From contig CAXXDV010000001.1 of assembly GCA_963674745.2 (NCBI GenBank), forward strand, positions 288,001 to 352,000: a DNA stretch of 64,000 bases. The letters are read 5' to 3'. This document shows positions 40,549 through 50,799 of this stretch, in pieces (the stretch's first letter is position 1; each line of letters begins with the position of its first letter). A model generated the notes under the pieces. The model had not been told where the DNA came from, did no database searches, and saw nothing but the letters and a program-made list of their open reading frames with translations. Origin of the DNA: Desulfosudaceae bacterium (lineage in GTDB: Bacteria; Desulfobacterota; Desulfobacteria; Desulfobacterales; Desulfosudaceae). Made by a program: the position numbers and the translations under genes.

Positions 40549-42738
40549 TCATTTATCGGTAGCTGTTCTGACGAATTTATAATGTTCCAGGCCTTCAATA
40601 ATCCCGCCGGCGCTAAATGCTTTGGCAAAATAGATATTGCGCCGTTTTCTAAATGTTTCCAGCTCGGAACTGTAGTTGCCTACCACAACCCCCTTGATGT
40701 CCCCCGTCAGCATTTCCGCGTCATTTCCCGAATCGCCGCACACCAGAAAATTGGCCAGCGGGATCTGCCATTTATAAGAAAAGTAGCGGATCGCCTTGCC
40801 CTTGGAAGCCCGGTAAGGAAGGATATCAAGATACTTGTTATGAGAATAAATCAGGTTATAACGGCATTTGTTTTTCAAAAGCGTGTCGTGAATTCTGGCG
40901 ATCCGGTCTTTTCCGGGCGACATGTCATAACTGATCTTAAACTTTCGCTGCGTCTCTTCGTCCTGGTATTTGAGAAACGACAGATCGCTCAAAAGAGAAG
41001 CAATCTTTTCCCGATTCCAGTCCTTTGCGATATGTGTTGCCCAGGCATTGGAAAACTGCAACTTGCGGCCATAATAAATTTCCGCCCCCACTGAAGAAAT
41101 AATGATATCCGGGGGTTTGATACCCGTTCTTTTCAAAAAAGCGACGGCTGAGTCGACTGTTCGGCCGGTTGCCACACCAAAACCGAAGCTGGGCCGGTGT
41201 TTTTGAATCAGGTCACACAGTTCCGGCAACCGGCTGTTATCATCACCCACCAGCGTATTGTCAATGTCACTGATTAAAAAATAATCCAGGCCCATAATAC
41301 GCCGGCCGATAGCGTCCCGGGGTCTGGCCACAGCGACGCCGGTTTTACCGGTTTCCTGGATGGTTTTATTCACATCCCGCATATATTTTTCGGCATGGCT
41401 CTCCCAGGTGTAATGTTTACGGACATTGATGATACCGTTTTTGGAATACCGCTTCCAGGTATCACTGTTGGTGATAATACGCTTAATCGCCCGGCTGATC
41501 GCCCGGCTGTCGGAGGGATCAACCAGGATACCGTTTTTACAGTTGTCGACAATATCCCGTGGTCCGCCGTCATTGGTGGCCACAATGGGCAGGCCGGAAG
41601 AAGCGGCTTCGATAAGCGTCAGGCCGAAGGGTTCGGTCAGGGCCACATTCACAAAAACCCCTTTACGGTCAGCGGCGATTCGATACAGTTCCGGCACCTC
41701 GAATTCAAAATCATGTTTTTTGGGAATGGCCATTTTACCGTAAAGATCATACTTGTCCATGGACAGCAGCATCATGGTCAGCACTTCCCGTTCGTTGTCC
41801 TCCTTGTCTGTTATGTCTTTTCGAATGCCGGCAAACACTGCCAAATTGGCCATGGACGACAACTCCTTGTCTTCGCCATAAGCTTTAATCAGGCCGGAAA
41901 TGTTTTTCCGTTTATCAGGCCGGGACAGGGCCAGTATCAGGGGCTTGTCCGGATAGGTAAAAAAGCGGTTCAACTCCTCGAGCACCGACGCCCGGGCAAA
42001 CCGTTCCTCTTCATAGCGGACATCATCGACCGCATTTTCATGATAAAAGGGATGAAACCGCTCCACATCGATACCCGGCGGCAAAACACTGAACCGGGAC
42101 GGCATGTGGTGGTCGACATAAGCGCCATACTGCTTTTCCACTTCCTGTTTGGTACTGGCCACGATCAGATCACACGTTTTAAGCACATCTTCTTCAGCGT
42201 ATATCCGGCGATCGATTTTGTACTTTTTTATAATGTCCGCTTCCTTCATGCCGTCCGCCATCAGGCGTTCTTTTTTCTGCCGCCCCAGGGAATGGCCGGT
42301 AAACACAAAACTGATATTAAACAGCTGCGCCAGCTGGGAAGCCACGTAACCGGCATCCGCGTAATGGCCGTGAACAATGTCGGGGACCCGCTGTTCCTGT
42401 TTGATAAATTGAATGGTTTTGTCGACAAATTCATCCAGGTGGGGCCATAGCAATTCCTTGCGGATATATTTTTTGCCGCCGCATTGAATGCGGATAATCC
42501 TGAACTTGTCATCCACCTCGCAAACCGGCTCGGCATAATCTGCGGAAACGCTTTTATCTGATATAAGCCTTGTCATCAGGTCTACCCGGGCCACGTCTTT
42601 CCGACGGCTCAGGTTACGGGCCAGCTCCACGACATAGAGTACCTGTCCGCCGGTATCCGCGTCGCGCCCCATCTCCATGTTCTTTTCACGTACCAGTCCG
42701 TGAATGCTGAACATCTGGATATATAGCGGTTTCTTCAT
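40549..42738 (-). CDS. sps: Sucrose-phosphate synthase fused to HAD-IIB phosphatase
   Basis: SIHGLVR...GRDADTGGQ, HGHYADAG, SRPDKRKN, EPFGLTLIEA; C-terminal DIDNTL...SKG...GDSGND. Confidence 0.9.
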   Translation of the reverse strand: MKKPLYIQMFSIHGLVREKNMEMGRDADTGGQVLYVVELARNLSRRKDVARVDLMTRLISDKSVSADYAEPVCEVDDKFRIIRIQCGGKKYIRKELLWPHLDEFVDKTIQFIKQEQRVPDIVHGHYADAGYVASQLAQLFNISFVFTGHSLGRQKKERLMADGMKEADIIKKYKIDRRIYAEEDVLKTCDLIVASTKQEVEKQYGAYVDHHMPSRFSVLPPGIDVERFHPFYHENAVDDVRYEEERFARASVLEELNRFFTYPDKPLILALSRPDKRKNISGLIKAYGEDKELSSMANLAVFAGIRKDITDKEDNEREVLTMMLLSMDKYDLYGKMAIPKKHDFEFEVPELYRIAADRKGVFVNVALTEPFGLTLIEAASSGLPIVATNDGGPRDIVDNCKNGILVDPSDSRAISRAIKRIITNSDTWKRYSKNGIINVRKHYTWESHAEKYMRDVNKTIQETGKTGVAVARPRDAIGRRIMGLDYFLISDIDNTLVGDDNSRLPELCDLIQKHRPSFGFGVATGRTVDSAVAFLKRTGIKPPDIIISSVGAEIYYGRKLQFSNAWATHIAKDWNREKIASLLSDLSFLKYQDEETQRKFKISYDMSPGKDRIARIHDTLLKNKCRYNLIYSHNKYLDILPYRASKGKAIRYFSYKWQIPLANFLVCGDSGNDAEMLTGDIKGVVVGNYSSELETFRKRRNIYFAKAFSAGGIIEGLEHYKFVRTATDK

Positions 42739-42770
42739 GGGATAACTTCCTTTCGAAGAAGTAAGTAATT

Positions 42771-42913
42771 AGGCCACCTCTAAAAATTGCCTTTTGGTCC
42801 GATCTCGGCGTTGTGCTCAAATTTTAATCCTCGAAATACTCAATGTATTCCTCCGGTTAAAATTATCGCACGCCTTGACCTCGAACCAAAATTCTAATTT
42901 TTAGAGATACCCT
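42771..42913 (-). mobile_element. ~143-bp MITE-like element, copy 2
   Basis: Reverse complement of 26519-26662 with about 6 differences by eye. Confidence 0.85.
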
Positions 42914-43795
42914 TTATATTTTCATTTGATCGTAAAAATCGCCGCTGGCCGGGACCGCACCGGGAATACCGCAAATGCGTCCGGCAAAAGCCGTGGCCGC
43001 CGATAACGTCTGCCGGATATCACGATTTTTCAAATATCCGGCCGCCATCACGGCCGCGAAGGCGTCACCGGCGCCGACAGTGTCAACGCATTCAACATTT
43101 TGACTCAGCGGCATTTCAATATGCGCGTCAGGGGTAAACATTTCACTGCCACGATCGCCTTTGGTCAATGCCACCAGCGACAGGCCATAATCTTTTATCA
43201 GGCGCGCCACTCTCGCCGCTGTGTCTCCGCTCAGGTCGAACATCTCCGCAATCACACCAAGCTCCTCATCGTTCAGTTTCAGGATATCCGTATATAATAA
43301 TGACTGACGGACAATACTCCGGCTGTAACAGCCGGGACGCAGGTTGATATCATAAAAAACAACGGTTTCCGGTGAACATGATCGAAGAATGCGTTCCATG
43401 GTCTGGCGTCCCGTCAGCGTGCGCTGCACCAGGGTACCAAAATATATCAACTTCGGCGGTGTTCGCAGAAGTTGTTCAATGGCATCGGTAAAGGCGATAT
43501 AATCATAAGCCGCGTCCCGGACGATATCGAAGCGGTGACCACCCGCCGGGTCAGGGTAAACCATGACTTTTCCGGTTTTATGCACTTTATCGTTCTGCAC
43601 ATACGTTAAATCGAATCCCGACCGCTGCATAAAATCCCGAAGGCTGTCACGCTCCTCGTCCTCGCCCACGCGTGTGAGGAACTTGACTTCAAAGCCCATC
43701 TGAACCAGATGAAAGGCAAAGTTAAACGGCGCTCCGCCGATACGCCTGGCGTCCGGAAACACATCGTACAACACCTCACCGACTACAAGAAGCAT
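42914..43795 (-). CDS. PfkB-family fructokinase
   Basis: GGAPFN, YDINLR, LKLNDEE, DTVGAGDAF. Confidence 0.92.
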   Translation of the reverse strand: MLLVVGEVLYDVFPDARRIGGAPFNFAFHLVQMGFEVKFLTRVGEDEERDSLRDFMQRSGFDLTYVQNDKVHKTGKVMVYPDPAGGHRFDIVRDAAYDYIAFTDAIEQLLRTPPKLIYFGTLVQRTLTGRQTMERILRSCSPETVVFYDINLRPGCYSRSIVRQSLLYTDILKLNDEELGVIAEMFDLSGDTAARVARLIKDYGLSLVALTKGDRGSEMFTPDAHIEMPLSQNVECVDTVGAGDAFAAVMAAGYLKNRDIRQTLSAATAFAGRICGIPGAVPASGDFYDQMKI

Positions 43796-44082
43796 AAGGT
43801 TGATTACCCTTTAAAATTAAAGATTTAAAAGAATGACAATTCTTGTATTTTGGACAAAATTGATTCGCATCGCAGAAGGGATAACGCTTTTTTTATAAAC
43901 CATATCACATCCGCTCCGTTTGCACAACACCCCAGGGCCGGCACCCTCCGCCCTACGGCCACAACGGGTGAGTATGATATCAACATCCTGCGATACGCAT
44001 TTATACCTCGATTTTTTTGTTGTAAAAGAGGCGATTAAACATAATAATGTTAAAAATATGTTTTAATTGAAAAAGTGTTTTC

Positions 44083-47000
44083 ATGGATATGTCCCCCATA
44101 TTTCCGGTATCTGCAATCGCCCTGGTTTTTCTGCTCGGTGTGCTTGCCGCCCTGTTGCTGAGTCGCGACAAACTTAAAAAAAGGCTCGAAGAAACCCGGG
44201 CAGCATATCAACATCTTGAGGAAGCCTCGAAAAGCTATCGCCTGCTGGCGGAAAATATCAATGAGGTTATTTATATTATTGATATCGCCACCCTGCAATA
44301 CACGTATGCCAGCCCTTCGGTCCTCCGGACGCACGGTTTTACACCCGAAGAACTGACCGAGCTGACAATAAACCGGTTATTAACACCGCAATCCCTGGAA
44401 AAGGCATTAAAACATATAGCCGAAGAGCTTGAGCGGGACAACCTGCCCGGAGTAGATCCTGCCCGGCATATCACCATCGAGCTCGAGCAATATCGGAAAG
44501 ACGGCTCGGTTATACTGGTCGAAACATCTGCCAAGTTCTTGCGGGATGAAACCGGGCGGCCTGTTTCCATCGCCGGCGTCGTCAGGAACATCGGGGAACG
44601 TAAGCAGGCGGAAAACGCCCTGCGGGAAAGTGAAAAGCTGTATCGCCTGCTGGCCGACAATATCAACGAAATTATCTTTATAATCGACCTTGAAACATTT
44701 CGACATACCTATGCCAGCCCTTCGGTAAAAAACATACTGGGATATACACCGGAAGAGATGCTGGCATTGCCCATTGAAAAGGTGCTGGCGCCGAAATCAC
44801 TGGAGCATACCGCAAATATCCTTGCCGATGCGTTTGTCTGGGAGCCCGCATCCGATGCTGCCCCGGACAAAAATGTTATCCTGGAACTGGAAGTCTATCA
44901 CAAAAACGGTTCGATTGTGTGGGTGGAAACCAGCGCCAAAGCGCTGCGTGACATAACCGGAAAGCCCGTGTCAATACTCGGCGTTACCAGGGATATCTCG
45001 GAACGGAAGAAGTCCGAAGCCGCCCTGCGGGAAAGTGAAGAACGCTATCGCCTGCTGGCAGACAATATCAGCGAAGTCATTTACATCATTGACCTGGATT
45101 CCCTTCGCCATTTTTATATCTCCCCTTCCGTATACCAGGTGCATGGATATACGTCGGAAGAGTACCTGGAGCTCCCGCTAGAAAAAGTTCTGACGCCGCA
45201 CTCTCTTGACCTGGCACTCAAAACGATTGAATCAGAAGTTGCCAGAGGATACGATCCGGAAACCGATAATAGCCGGTTTATTACCCTTGAGCTTGAGGAG
45301 TATCGGAAAGACGGATCAACCCTCTGGATGGAAAATATTGCCCGTGTTTACCATGATGAAAAAGGAAAACCGGTATCCATTATCGGTGTGGCCCGGGATA
45401 TCACCGAACGGAGAAGATCCGAAATCGCCCTTCGCGAAAGCGAAAAATTGTATCGCCTGCTGGCCGACAATATCTCTGAAACAATTTCCATTCTCAACCT
45501 GAAAGACCTGTCTCATCAGTATGTTTCCCCTTCCGTAAAAAAGCTCAAAGGTTTTACGGCGGAAGAAGCCCTGGTGCAACCGATTGACCAGGTATTAACA
45601 CCCCCGTCTCTTCAACTGGCCACACAGACCATCACCGAGGAACTTGCCAGGGATGGGCAGCCCGGCGTAACGCCTGACCGTCATCGCACGCTGAAACTGG
45701 AGCAATACTGCAAAAACGGCACCACTGTCTGGACCGAAGTAGCAGCCTCTTTTTTAAGAGACGAAACCGGAAAACCGGTATCGCTTCTGACAGCGGCCAG
45801 AGACATCTCAGAACGGATAAAAGCGGAAATGAATCTTCGTGAAAGTGAGGAACGCTACCGCATGCTGGCCGACAACATCAGCGAATTGATTTATCTCTTC
45901 GACCCGCAACGGCTGCGCTTTACTTTTGCAACACCTTCCGTCCATTCTATGTTTGGTTATACAATAGAAGAGTTTCTGGAACTTCCATTTGACAAATTAT
46001 TGACCCCGCCATCCTTTGAGACAGCCATTCAGGCCATAAAAGACGAACTGGCCAGGGGCCAGGAGCCTGAAAACGGTAATCTTAAATACATCACCCTTGA
46101 GCTCGAGGGTTATCGAAAGGATGGTTCTACGATCTGGACGGAAACGATTGGCCGGATTTTTTTTGATAAAGACGGCAACCCGTTATATCTTCTTGGCGTC
46201 AGCCGTGATCTTACCCAGCGCAAAGAGACAGAAGAAGCCATGAAACAGGCCCGGGACGCAGCTGAAGCGGCCAATCGGGCCAAAAGTGAATTTCTGGCCA
46301 ACATGAGCCATGAAATCCGCACCCCCATGAACGGTGTGATCGGTATGACCGAACTGCTGCTGGGCAGTCCGCTTTCAACGGAACAGCATGAATACGTGGA
46401 CAGTTTGAGAAGCAGCGCGGAAGCGCTCCTGGTGATCATCAAGGATGTGCTTGATTTTTCCAAAATCGAAGCCGGGATGCTCAACCTTGAAATTATTGAT
46501 TTTGACCTGAATCAACTCTGTAAAGAAGTACATGACAATATTAATATCAAAGCCATACACAAACAAATCACCTACCATACATCCATCGAAAAAAACGTCC
46601 CACTCATTCTCAAGGGAGATCCGGTCAGGCTGCGCCAGGTGCTTTTCAACCTCTGTGAAAACGCAATCAAATTTACACAGGAGGGGTCGGTCAGGGTCAC
46701 GGTTTCCCTGAAGGAAAAAACCGGCACAAGGGCCACTCTTTTATTCGAAGTCACGGATACCGGTATCGGTATTCCTTTGGAGCACCAGGATATTATTTTT
46801 GACTCTTTCTCCCAGGTGGACGCCTCCACCACCAGGCGTTTTGGCGGTACCGGACTGGGACTGGCCATATCAAAACGGCTGGTGACCTTACTGGGCGGAG
46901 AAATCAGTGTTTACAGCCGACCGGGCCAAGGCACGACGTTCAGATTTTCAGCCCCTTTTGACATTTTGGAACAACAACCTGCGCCCCTTACCCCATCGGC

Positions 47001-47403
47001 CGGACAGGATCTGGAAACGGTCGTGAATACCAAACCGGCCAAAATCCTTCTGGTCGAAGACAATGATATCAGCCAGAAAGTCATCACACAGATGCTTGAG
47101 CATTTCGGGCATATGGTGACCATTACCGCAAACGGAGCAGAAGCGGTGAAAATATTCGGCCAACAGGATTTCGACCTGGTACTCATGGACATCCAGATGC
47201 CGGTCATGGACGGCGTTACCGCCACAAAAAAAATTCACGAGCTGCAACAGGGCAAAAGCAGAAAAACGCCGGTTGTTGCCCTCACTGCCAACGCCATGGC
47301 CGGTGACCGGGAACGTTTTCTCAGCCAGGGAATGAACGATTATATTTCCAAACCGGTAACACTGGAAACGCTGGAAGTGGTTATCAGGCGGAATATCAGT
47401 TAA
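44083..47403 (+). CDS. Hybrid sensor histidine kinase (TM, 5x PAS/PAC, HisKA, HATPase, receiver)
   Basis: FLANMSHEIRTPMNG, NAIKFT, DTGIGI, GGTGLGL, LMDIQMP; five YR(L/M)LA(D/E)NI repeats. Confidence 0.96.
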   Translation: MDMSPIFPVSAIALVFLLGVLAALLLSRDKLKKRLEETRAAYQHLEEASKSYRLLAENINEVIYIIDIATLQYTYASPSVLRTHGFTPEELTELTINRLLTPQSLEKALKHIAEELERDNLPGVDPARHITIELEQYRKDGSVILVETSAKFLRDETGRPVSIAGVVRNIGERKQAENALRESEKLYRLLADNINEIIFIIDLETFRHTYASPSVKNILGYTPEEMLALPIEKVLAPKSLEHTANILADAFVWEPASDAAPDKNVILELEVYHKNGSIVWVETSAKALRDITGKPVSILGVTRDISERKKSEAALRESEERYRLLADNISEVIYIIDLDSLRHFYISPSVYQVHGYTSEEYLELPLEKVLTPHSLDLALKTIESEVARGYDPETDNSRFITLELEEYRKDGSTLWMENIARVYHDEKGKPVSIIGVARDITERRRSEIALRESEKLYRLLADNISETISILNLKDLSHQYVSPSVKKLKGFTAEEALVQPIDQVLTPPSLQLATQTITEELARDGQPGVTPDRHRTLKLEQYCKNGTTVWTEVAASFLRDETGKPVSLLTAARDISERIKAEMNLRESEERYRMLADNISELIYLFDPQRLRFTFATPSVHSMFGYTIEEFLELPFDKLLTPPSFETAIQAIKDELARGQEPENGNLKYITLELEGYRKDGSTIWTETIGRIFFDKDGNPLYLLGVSRDLTQRKETEEAMKQARDAAEAANRAKSEFLANMSHEIRTPMNGVIGMTELLLGSPLSTEQHEYVDSLRSSAEALLVIIKDVLDFSKIEAGMLNLEIIDFDLNQLCKEVHDNINIKAIHKQITYHTSIEKNVPLILKGDPVRLRQVLFNLCENAIKFTQEGSVRVTVSLKEKTGTRATLLFEVTDTGIGIPLEHQDIIFDSFSQVDASTTRRFGGTGLGLAISKRLVTLLGGEISVYSRPGQGTTFRFSAPFDILEQQPAPLTPSAGQDLETVVNTKPAKILLVEDNDISQKVITQMLEHFGHMVTITANGAEAVKIFGQQDFDLVLMDIQMPVMDGVTATKKIHELQQGKSRKTPVVALTANAMAGDRERFLSQGMNDYISKPVTLETLEVVIRRNIS

Positions 47404-47470
47404 CTTCTTATATTTAAATTCATCCCCCCGTTTTTTTCATCATTTTCAATTCAGTCGATGACACTTGAAT

Positions 47471-47505
47471 GGGTTCAAGGAGTCAAGGGGTCGAGGGTTG
47501 AAGGG
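47471..47505. repeat. 8-mer tandem array, copy A
   Basis: gggttcaaggagtcaaggggtcgagggttgaaggg; 32/35 identical to 52733-52767. Confidence 0.75.
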
Positions 47506-47521
47506 ATTGTAAGGCAAGCCT

Positions 47522-48388
47522 TTACCTTAACCACTTAACCGAGGGGCTTTTGCGGAACGCCGTGTTGGTATGCCTGTAGGCGGGATATCCCAGAACAAGG
47601 CCGACATGAACACACCGGTCCCGGGGAATTTGCAACAGACGTCGAAGCTTGCGGCTGCGTTTTAACATCAGCACCAGAAAGCCGATATAGCAGGTTCCCA
47701 ACTCCCGGGCATGGGCGTAATTGATCATATTGGTAGCGGCGATGTTACAATTGTCCGGGCCAAAGGCCGCGCCTCTGGGCGTCGCGATCAGGATCAGTAC
47801 CGGGGCGTTATGCAGGATAAAATCCCGTCCTTTTTTATTCTCCGCGATATAATAATCCATGGTACCCAAATAACGGTTCAATGTGCGAACCAGGCCGGTG
47901 TTTTGAAAAACCGCCAACAACTTCCGTCCGATGCCTGAATTGGCCCACCTGTTCAACCGTACACCGAAGCCAAAAATGTGCGCGGCGACCTGATCCAACA
48001 CCTGCCGGTCGGTCACCACCGTGTAGACGACATTTTGTAAATTACTGGCCGTGGGCGAAAACCGGGCCAGATCAATCAGTTCTTCAATCACCTCATCCGG
48101 CACCGGATCTTTTTTATAACGACGAATGCTTCGCCGGGAAACAGCGATTTCCCGGTAAACTTCCGGATCAAGCCGCTTTTTATCAATCCGTTGGGTCTGT
48201 AACTCGTCCAGCAGGGAATGTTGCACTGCTCCGGACGGGCATACCGCCAGGCAGTGGCCGCAGGCATTGCACATTTTCGGATTGACCGGCCGTGGCACGC
48301 CATCTATCTCTCTCCACACCCCGGCCACGCATTCCTGAACGCAAAGCATGCACAGGGTGCATTTTTCTTCCCGCCTTTTGATTTCCAT
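47522..48388 (-). CDS. Nitroreductase with N-terminal 2x[4Fe-4S] ferredoxin domain
   Basis: CTLCMLCVQEC, CNACGHCLAVCP; SRRSIRRY, PTASNLQ. Confidence 0.92.
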   Translation of the reverse strand: MEIKRREEKCTLCMLCVQECVAGVWREIDGVPRPVNPKMCNACGHCLAVCPSGAVQHSLLDELQTQRIDKKRLDPEVYREIAVSRRSIRRYKKDPVPDEVIEELIDLARFSPTASNLQNVVYTVVTDRQVLDQVAAHIFGFGVRLNRWANSGIGRKLLAVFQNTGLVRTLNRYLGTMDYYIAENKKGRDFILHNAPVLILIATPRGAAFGPDNCNIAATNMINYAHARELGTCYIGFLVLMLKRSRKLRRLLQIPRDRCVHVGLVLGYPAYRHTNTAFRKSPSVKWLR

Positions 48389-49234
48389 TTATGATTTGTT
48401 CCCGCCATTTGAATTCAAATAATTGTCAAACCAGCCTTTTTTATAGATATACCCGGAAATGCGCAAATAGCTTTCAGGAAACAGTCGTTTCATTAACCAG
48501 ATGGCCTTCCCATCGATCTGACAGATGGCATAAAATTTTTTCTTTTCAGCGCAGTTATAGGCGTGACGGGCCACATCTTCGGCCGTCACTTTTGATTTTT
48601 CGAAAAATGAACTGGCCATATTGACCTGACGGGCCTGGGGGGATTTAAACTGATCCATCAGGTTGGTCTTGAAAAATGTCGGGGCAATGACGGTAACACC
48701 GATATTTTTCGGCGCCAGTTCCATGCGCAGGGTCTCGGAAAGCGAAATCACGCCGGCCTTGGGTACGTTATAACAGCCCATCTCGGGAAAAGAAGCAATT
48801 CCGGCCGACGAAGCCATATTCATCAGGTGACCGAAGCCCTGTTTCGCCATAATCGGGATGAAGGTCCGGCACCCGTAGATGACGCTCATCAAATCCACGT
48901 CAATCATCCACCGCCAGAGATCAAGCGGCGTTTCTTCCACGTATCCGGCACTGGCCACACCGGCGTTATTGACCATGATATCCACACCGCCCCATTTATC
49001 CAGATAATAAGCCGCCATGGCATTTATTTTTTCCGGATCGGTGACATCACAGACATACATGTCACCCGCACCGCCGGCATTATTGACCAGACGGACCGTT
49101 TCCCCGGCCCGTTCTTCGTTAATATCCGAAACACCTACCCGCCAGCCTTTTTCGGCGAATACCAGGGCCAGGGCCCGGCCGAATCCGCTGCCCGCGCCGG
49201 TAATGACCACCCGTTTTTGCGGAAACCGCTTCAT
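48389..49234 (-). CDS. Short-chain dehydrogenase/reductase
   Basis: TGAGSGFG, NNAG, YNVPK. Confidence 0.93.
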   Translation of the reverse strand: MKRFPQKRVVITGAGSGFGRALALVFAEKGWRVGVSDINEERAGETVRLVNNAGGAGDMYVCDVTDPEKINAMAAYYLDKWGGVDIMVNNAGVASAGYVEETPLDLWRWMIDVDLMSVIYGCRTFIPIMAKQGFGHLMNMASSAGIASFPEMGCYNVPKAGVISLSETLRMELAPKNIGVTVIAPTFFKTNLMDQFKSPQARQVNMASSFFEKSKVTAEDVARHAYNCAEKKKFYAICQIDGKAIWLMKRLFPESYLRISGYIYKKGWFDNYLNSNGGNKS

Positions 49235-49350
49235 ATTTCCCTCCTGCCATCAAGTTTTTTTCTACGACTGAGTAGTTTTTTTCTCACAGGACGGGCCTGT
49301 TGTCAATATCATAATACAAATGCATATTCGAACCCGACTTCATTTTTTTC

Positions 49351-49397
49351 TTGACAGGCACACCCCACCCCCTTATATTGAACAAACAGTCAATATA
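49351..49397 (+). promoter_or_regulatory. Sigma70 promoter with overlapping palindromic operator
   Basis: TTGACA(49351)-N17-TATATT(49374); TATATTGA-N8-TCAATATA at 49374-49397. Confidence 0.75.
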
Positions 49398-49413
49398 AGA
49401 GGACCGCTTAACC

Positions 49414-50103
49414 GTGACCCAAAAAACGCTCGGACTCAGAAGGAATCTGAAAGAACAGCAGCGTCGCGCCCAGATCAAAGAGGCGGCCATCAATCTCTTT
49501 TCTTCAAAAGGCTACCAGCAATCCACCATGGATGACCTGGCCGCGGAAGCCGGGGTCAGCAAATCGCTCATTTACTGGTACTGGGACAGCAAGGCCGCTT
49601 TATTGACGGAGCTGATCGACACCTGCATGAATCAATATATTGACCTGCTGACCGAGGCGGTTGAATCCGACGATCCGTTCATGGACAAATTCCACCGAAC
49701 CCTGTGGCAGTACCTTGACATGTCCCGAAAAAGCGACCGGCTCAACAAGCTGGTTCATTTCTGTTCTCTCCACAATACCTCAAAGAACAAGGATAATTTT
49801 GCCAAACGGGTTAATGATCATTACCGCCACGTCCTGGTTTTGATTGAGAAACTGATCGACCAGGCCGTTGAGGCCCGGTTTTTACCGCAAACGACAGACC
49901 GATCCGCAATTTCCCTGCTCCTGCTCTCCCTGACCGAAGGTCACATCTACATGTCAATCCTGGAAGAACGGCTTCCTCTGGAGCGTATTTTCACCGGCAT
50001 GTTTCTGCTGTTGATGGAAGGCCAGAACGTGTCTCAGGAACAGGCAACCACAAATAATATCGGCGATAATATTGAACAACCAGTACCGAAACAAAAAGAA
50101 TAA
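49414..50103 (+). CDS. TetR/AcrR-family regulator
   Basis: AAINLFSSKGY...TMDDLAAEAGVSKSLIYWYWDSK HTH. Confidence 0.94.
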   Translation: MTQKTLGLRRNLKEQQRRAQIKEAAINLFSSKGYQQSTMDDLAAEAGVSKSLIYWYWDSKAALLTELIDTCMNQYIDLLTEAVESDDPFMDKFHRTLWQYLDMSRKSDRLNKLVHFCSLHNTSKNKDNFAKRVNDHYRHVLVLIEKLIDQAVEARFLPQTTDRSAISLLLLSLTEGHIYMSILEERLPLERIFTGMFLLLMEGQNVSQEQATTNNIGDNIEQPVPKQKE

Positions 50104-50127
50104 AAACCCATTTTTTCAGGAGGCATT

Positions 50128-50799
50128 ATGAGTGACCGGCAATTTCAGGCATTATCATCGTTCCGCGAGAAATTTCTGAGTTTTGACATTGACGCCATAA
50201 ATCAGGAAGCGGACAACATGCTGGCCGCAGGTGTCGGTGTCAGGCAGTTTCTTGACACCTGCACGCCGATCATGGCCGAGATCGGTGACAAATTCGAAAA
50301 AGGCGAATATTACCTTCCCCACCTGGTCATGGCCGGCGAAATGTTCAAAACCGCCAGCGCTAAAGTCAAAAGCGCCATGCAGGCCGAGGACAGCGGCAAT
50401 GCCATTGCCGATATTGTACTGGGAACCCCCAAAGGCGATATCCACGACCTGGGCAAGGATATTTTCGCGGTCCTGGCCGAAGCCAGCGGTTTTGCCGTTC
50501 ACAACCTGGGCGTCGACGTCCCGCCGGAAGCCTTTATCGCCCGGGTGGAAGAAACCGGCGCCGGCATTCTGGGCCTGTCTTCCTTGTTGACGACCACATT
50601 TGAAACAATCGAAGAGATTATTTCCCAGCTGGACAAGAAAGGACTGCGCAAACAGACACGTGTCATCCTCGGCGGCGGTGCCACCGAGCAAAGCCTGATC
50701 GAAAAACTGGGGGTTGATTTTCAGACCAGGGATGCCTACGAGGGCATTACCATTCTTAAAAACCTGACCGACGGAGAGACGAAAGGAGCCATGGCATGA
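50128..50799 (+). CDS. Corrinoid (B12-binding) methyl-carrier protein
   Basis: Cap IGDKFEKGEYYLPHL; GDIHDLGK (DxHxxG), NLGVDVP, GLSSL, GGG. Confidence 0.93.
   Translation: MSDRQFQALSSFREKFLSFDIDAINQEADNMLAAGVGVRQFLDTCTPIMAEIGDKFEKGEYYLPHLVMAGEMFKTASAKVKSAMQAEDSGNAIADIVLGTPKGDIHDLGKDIFAVLAEASGFAVHNLGVDVPPEAFIARVEETGAGILGLSSLLTTTFETIEEIISQLDKKGLRKQTRVILGGGATEQSLIEKLGVDFQTRDAYEGITILKNLTDGETKGAMA

Noticed and set aside
41395..42450. Long antisense ORFs (this 351-aa one, also 12289-13188, 3626-4441, 38178-39020)
   Set aside because: They are shadow frames opposite well-supported genes and carry no motifs.
26519..42913. Composite transposon bounded by the two MITE copies
   Set aside because: Copy 2 lies inside the sucrose operon, no transposase is present and no shared flanking duplication is evident.
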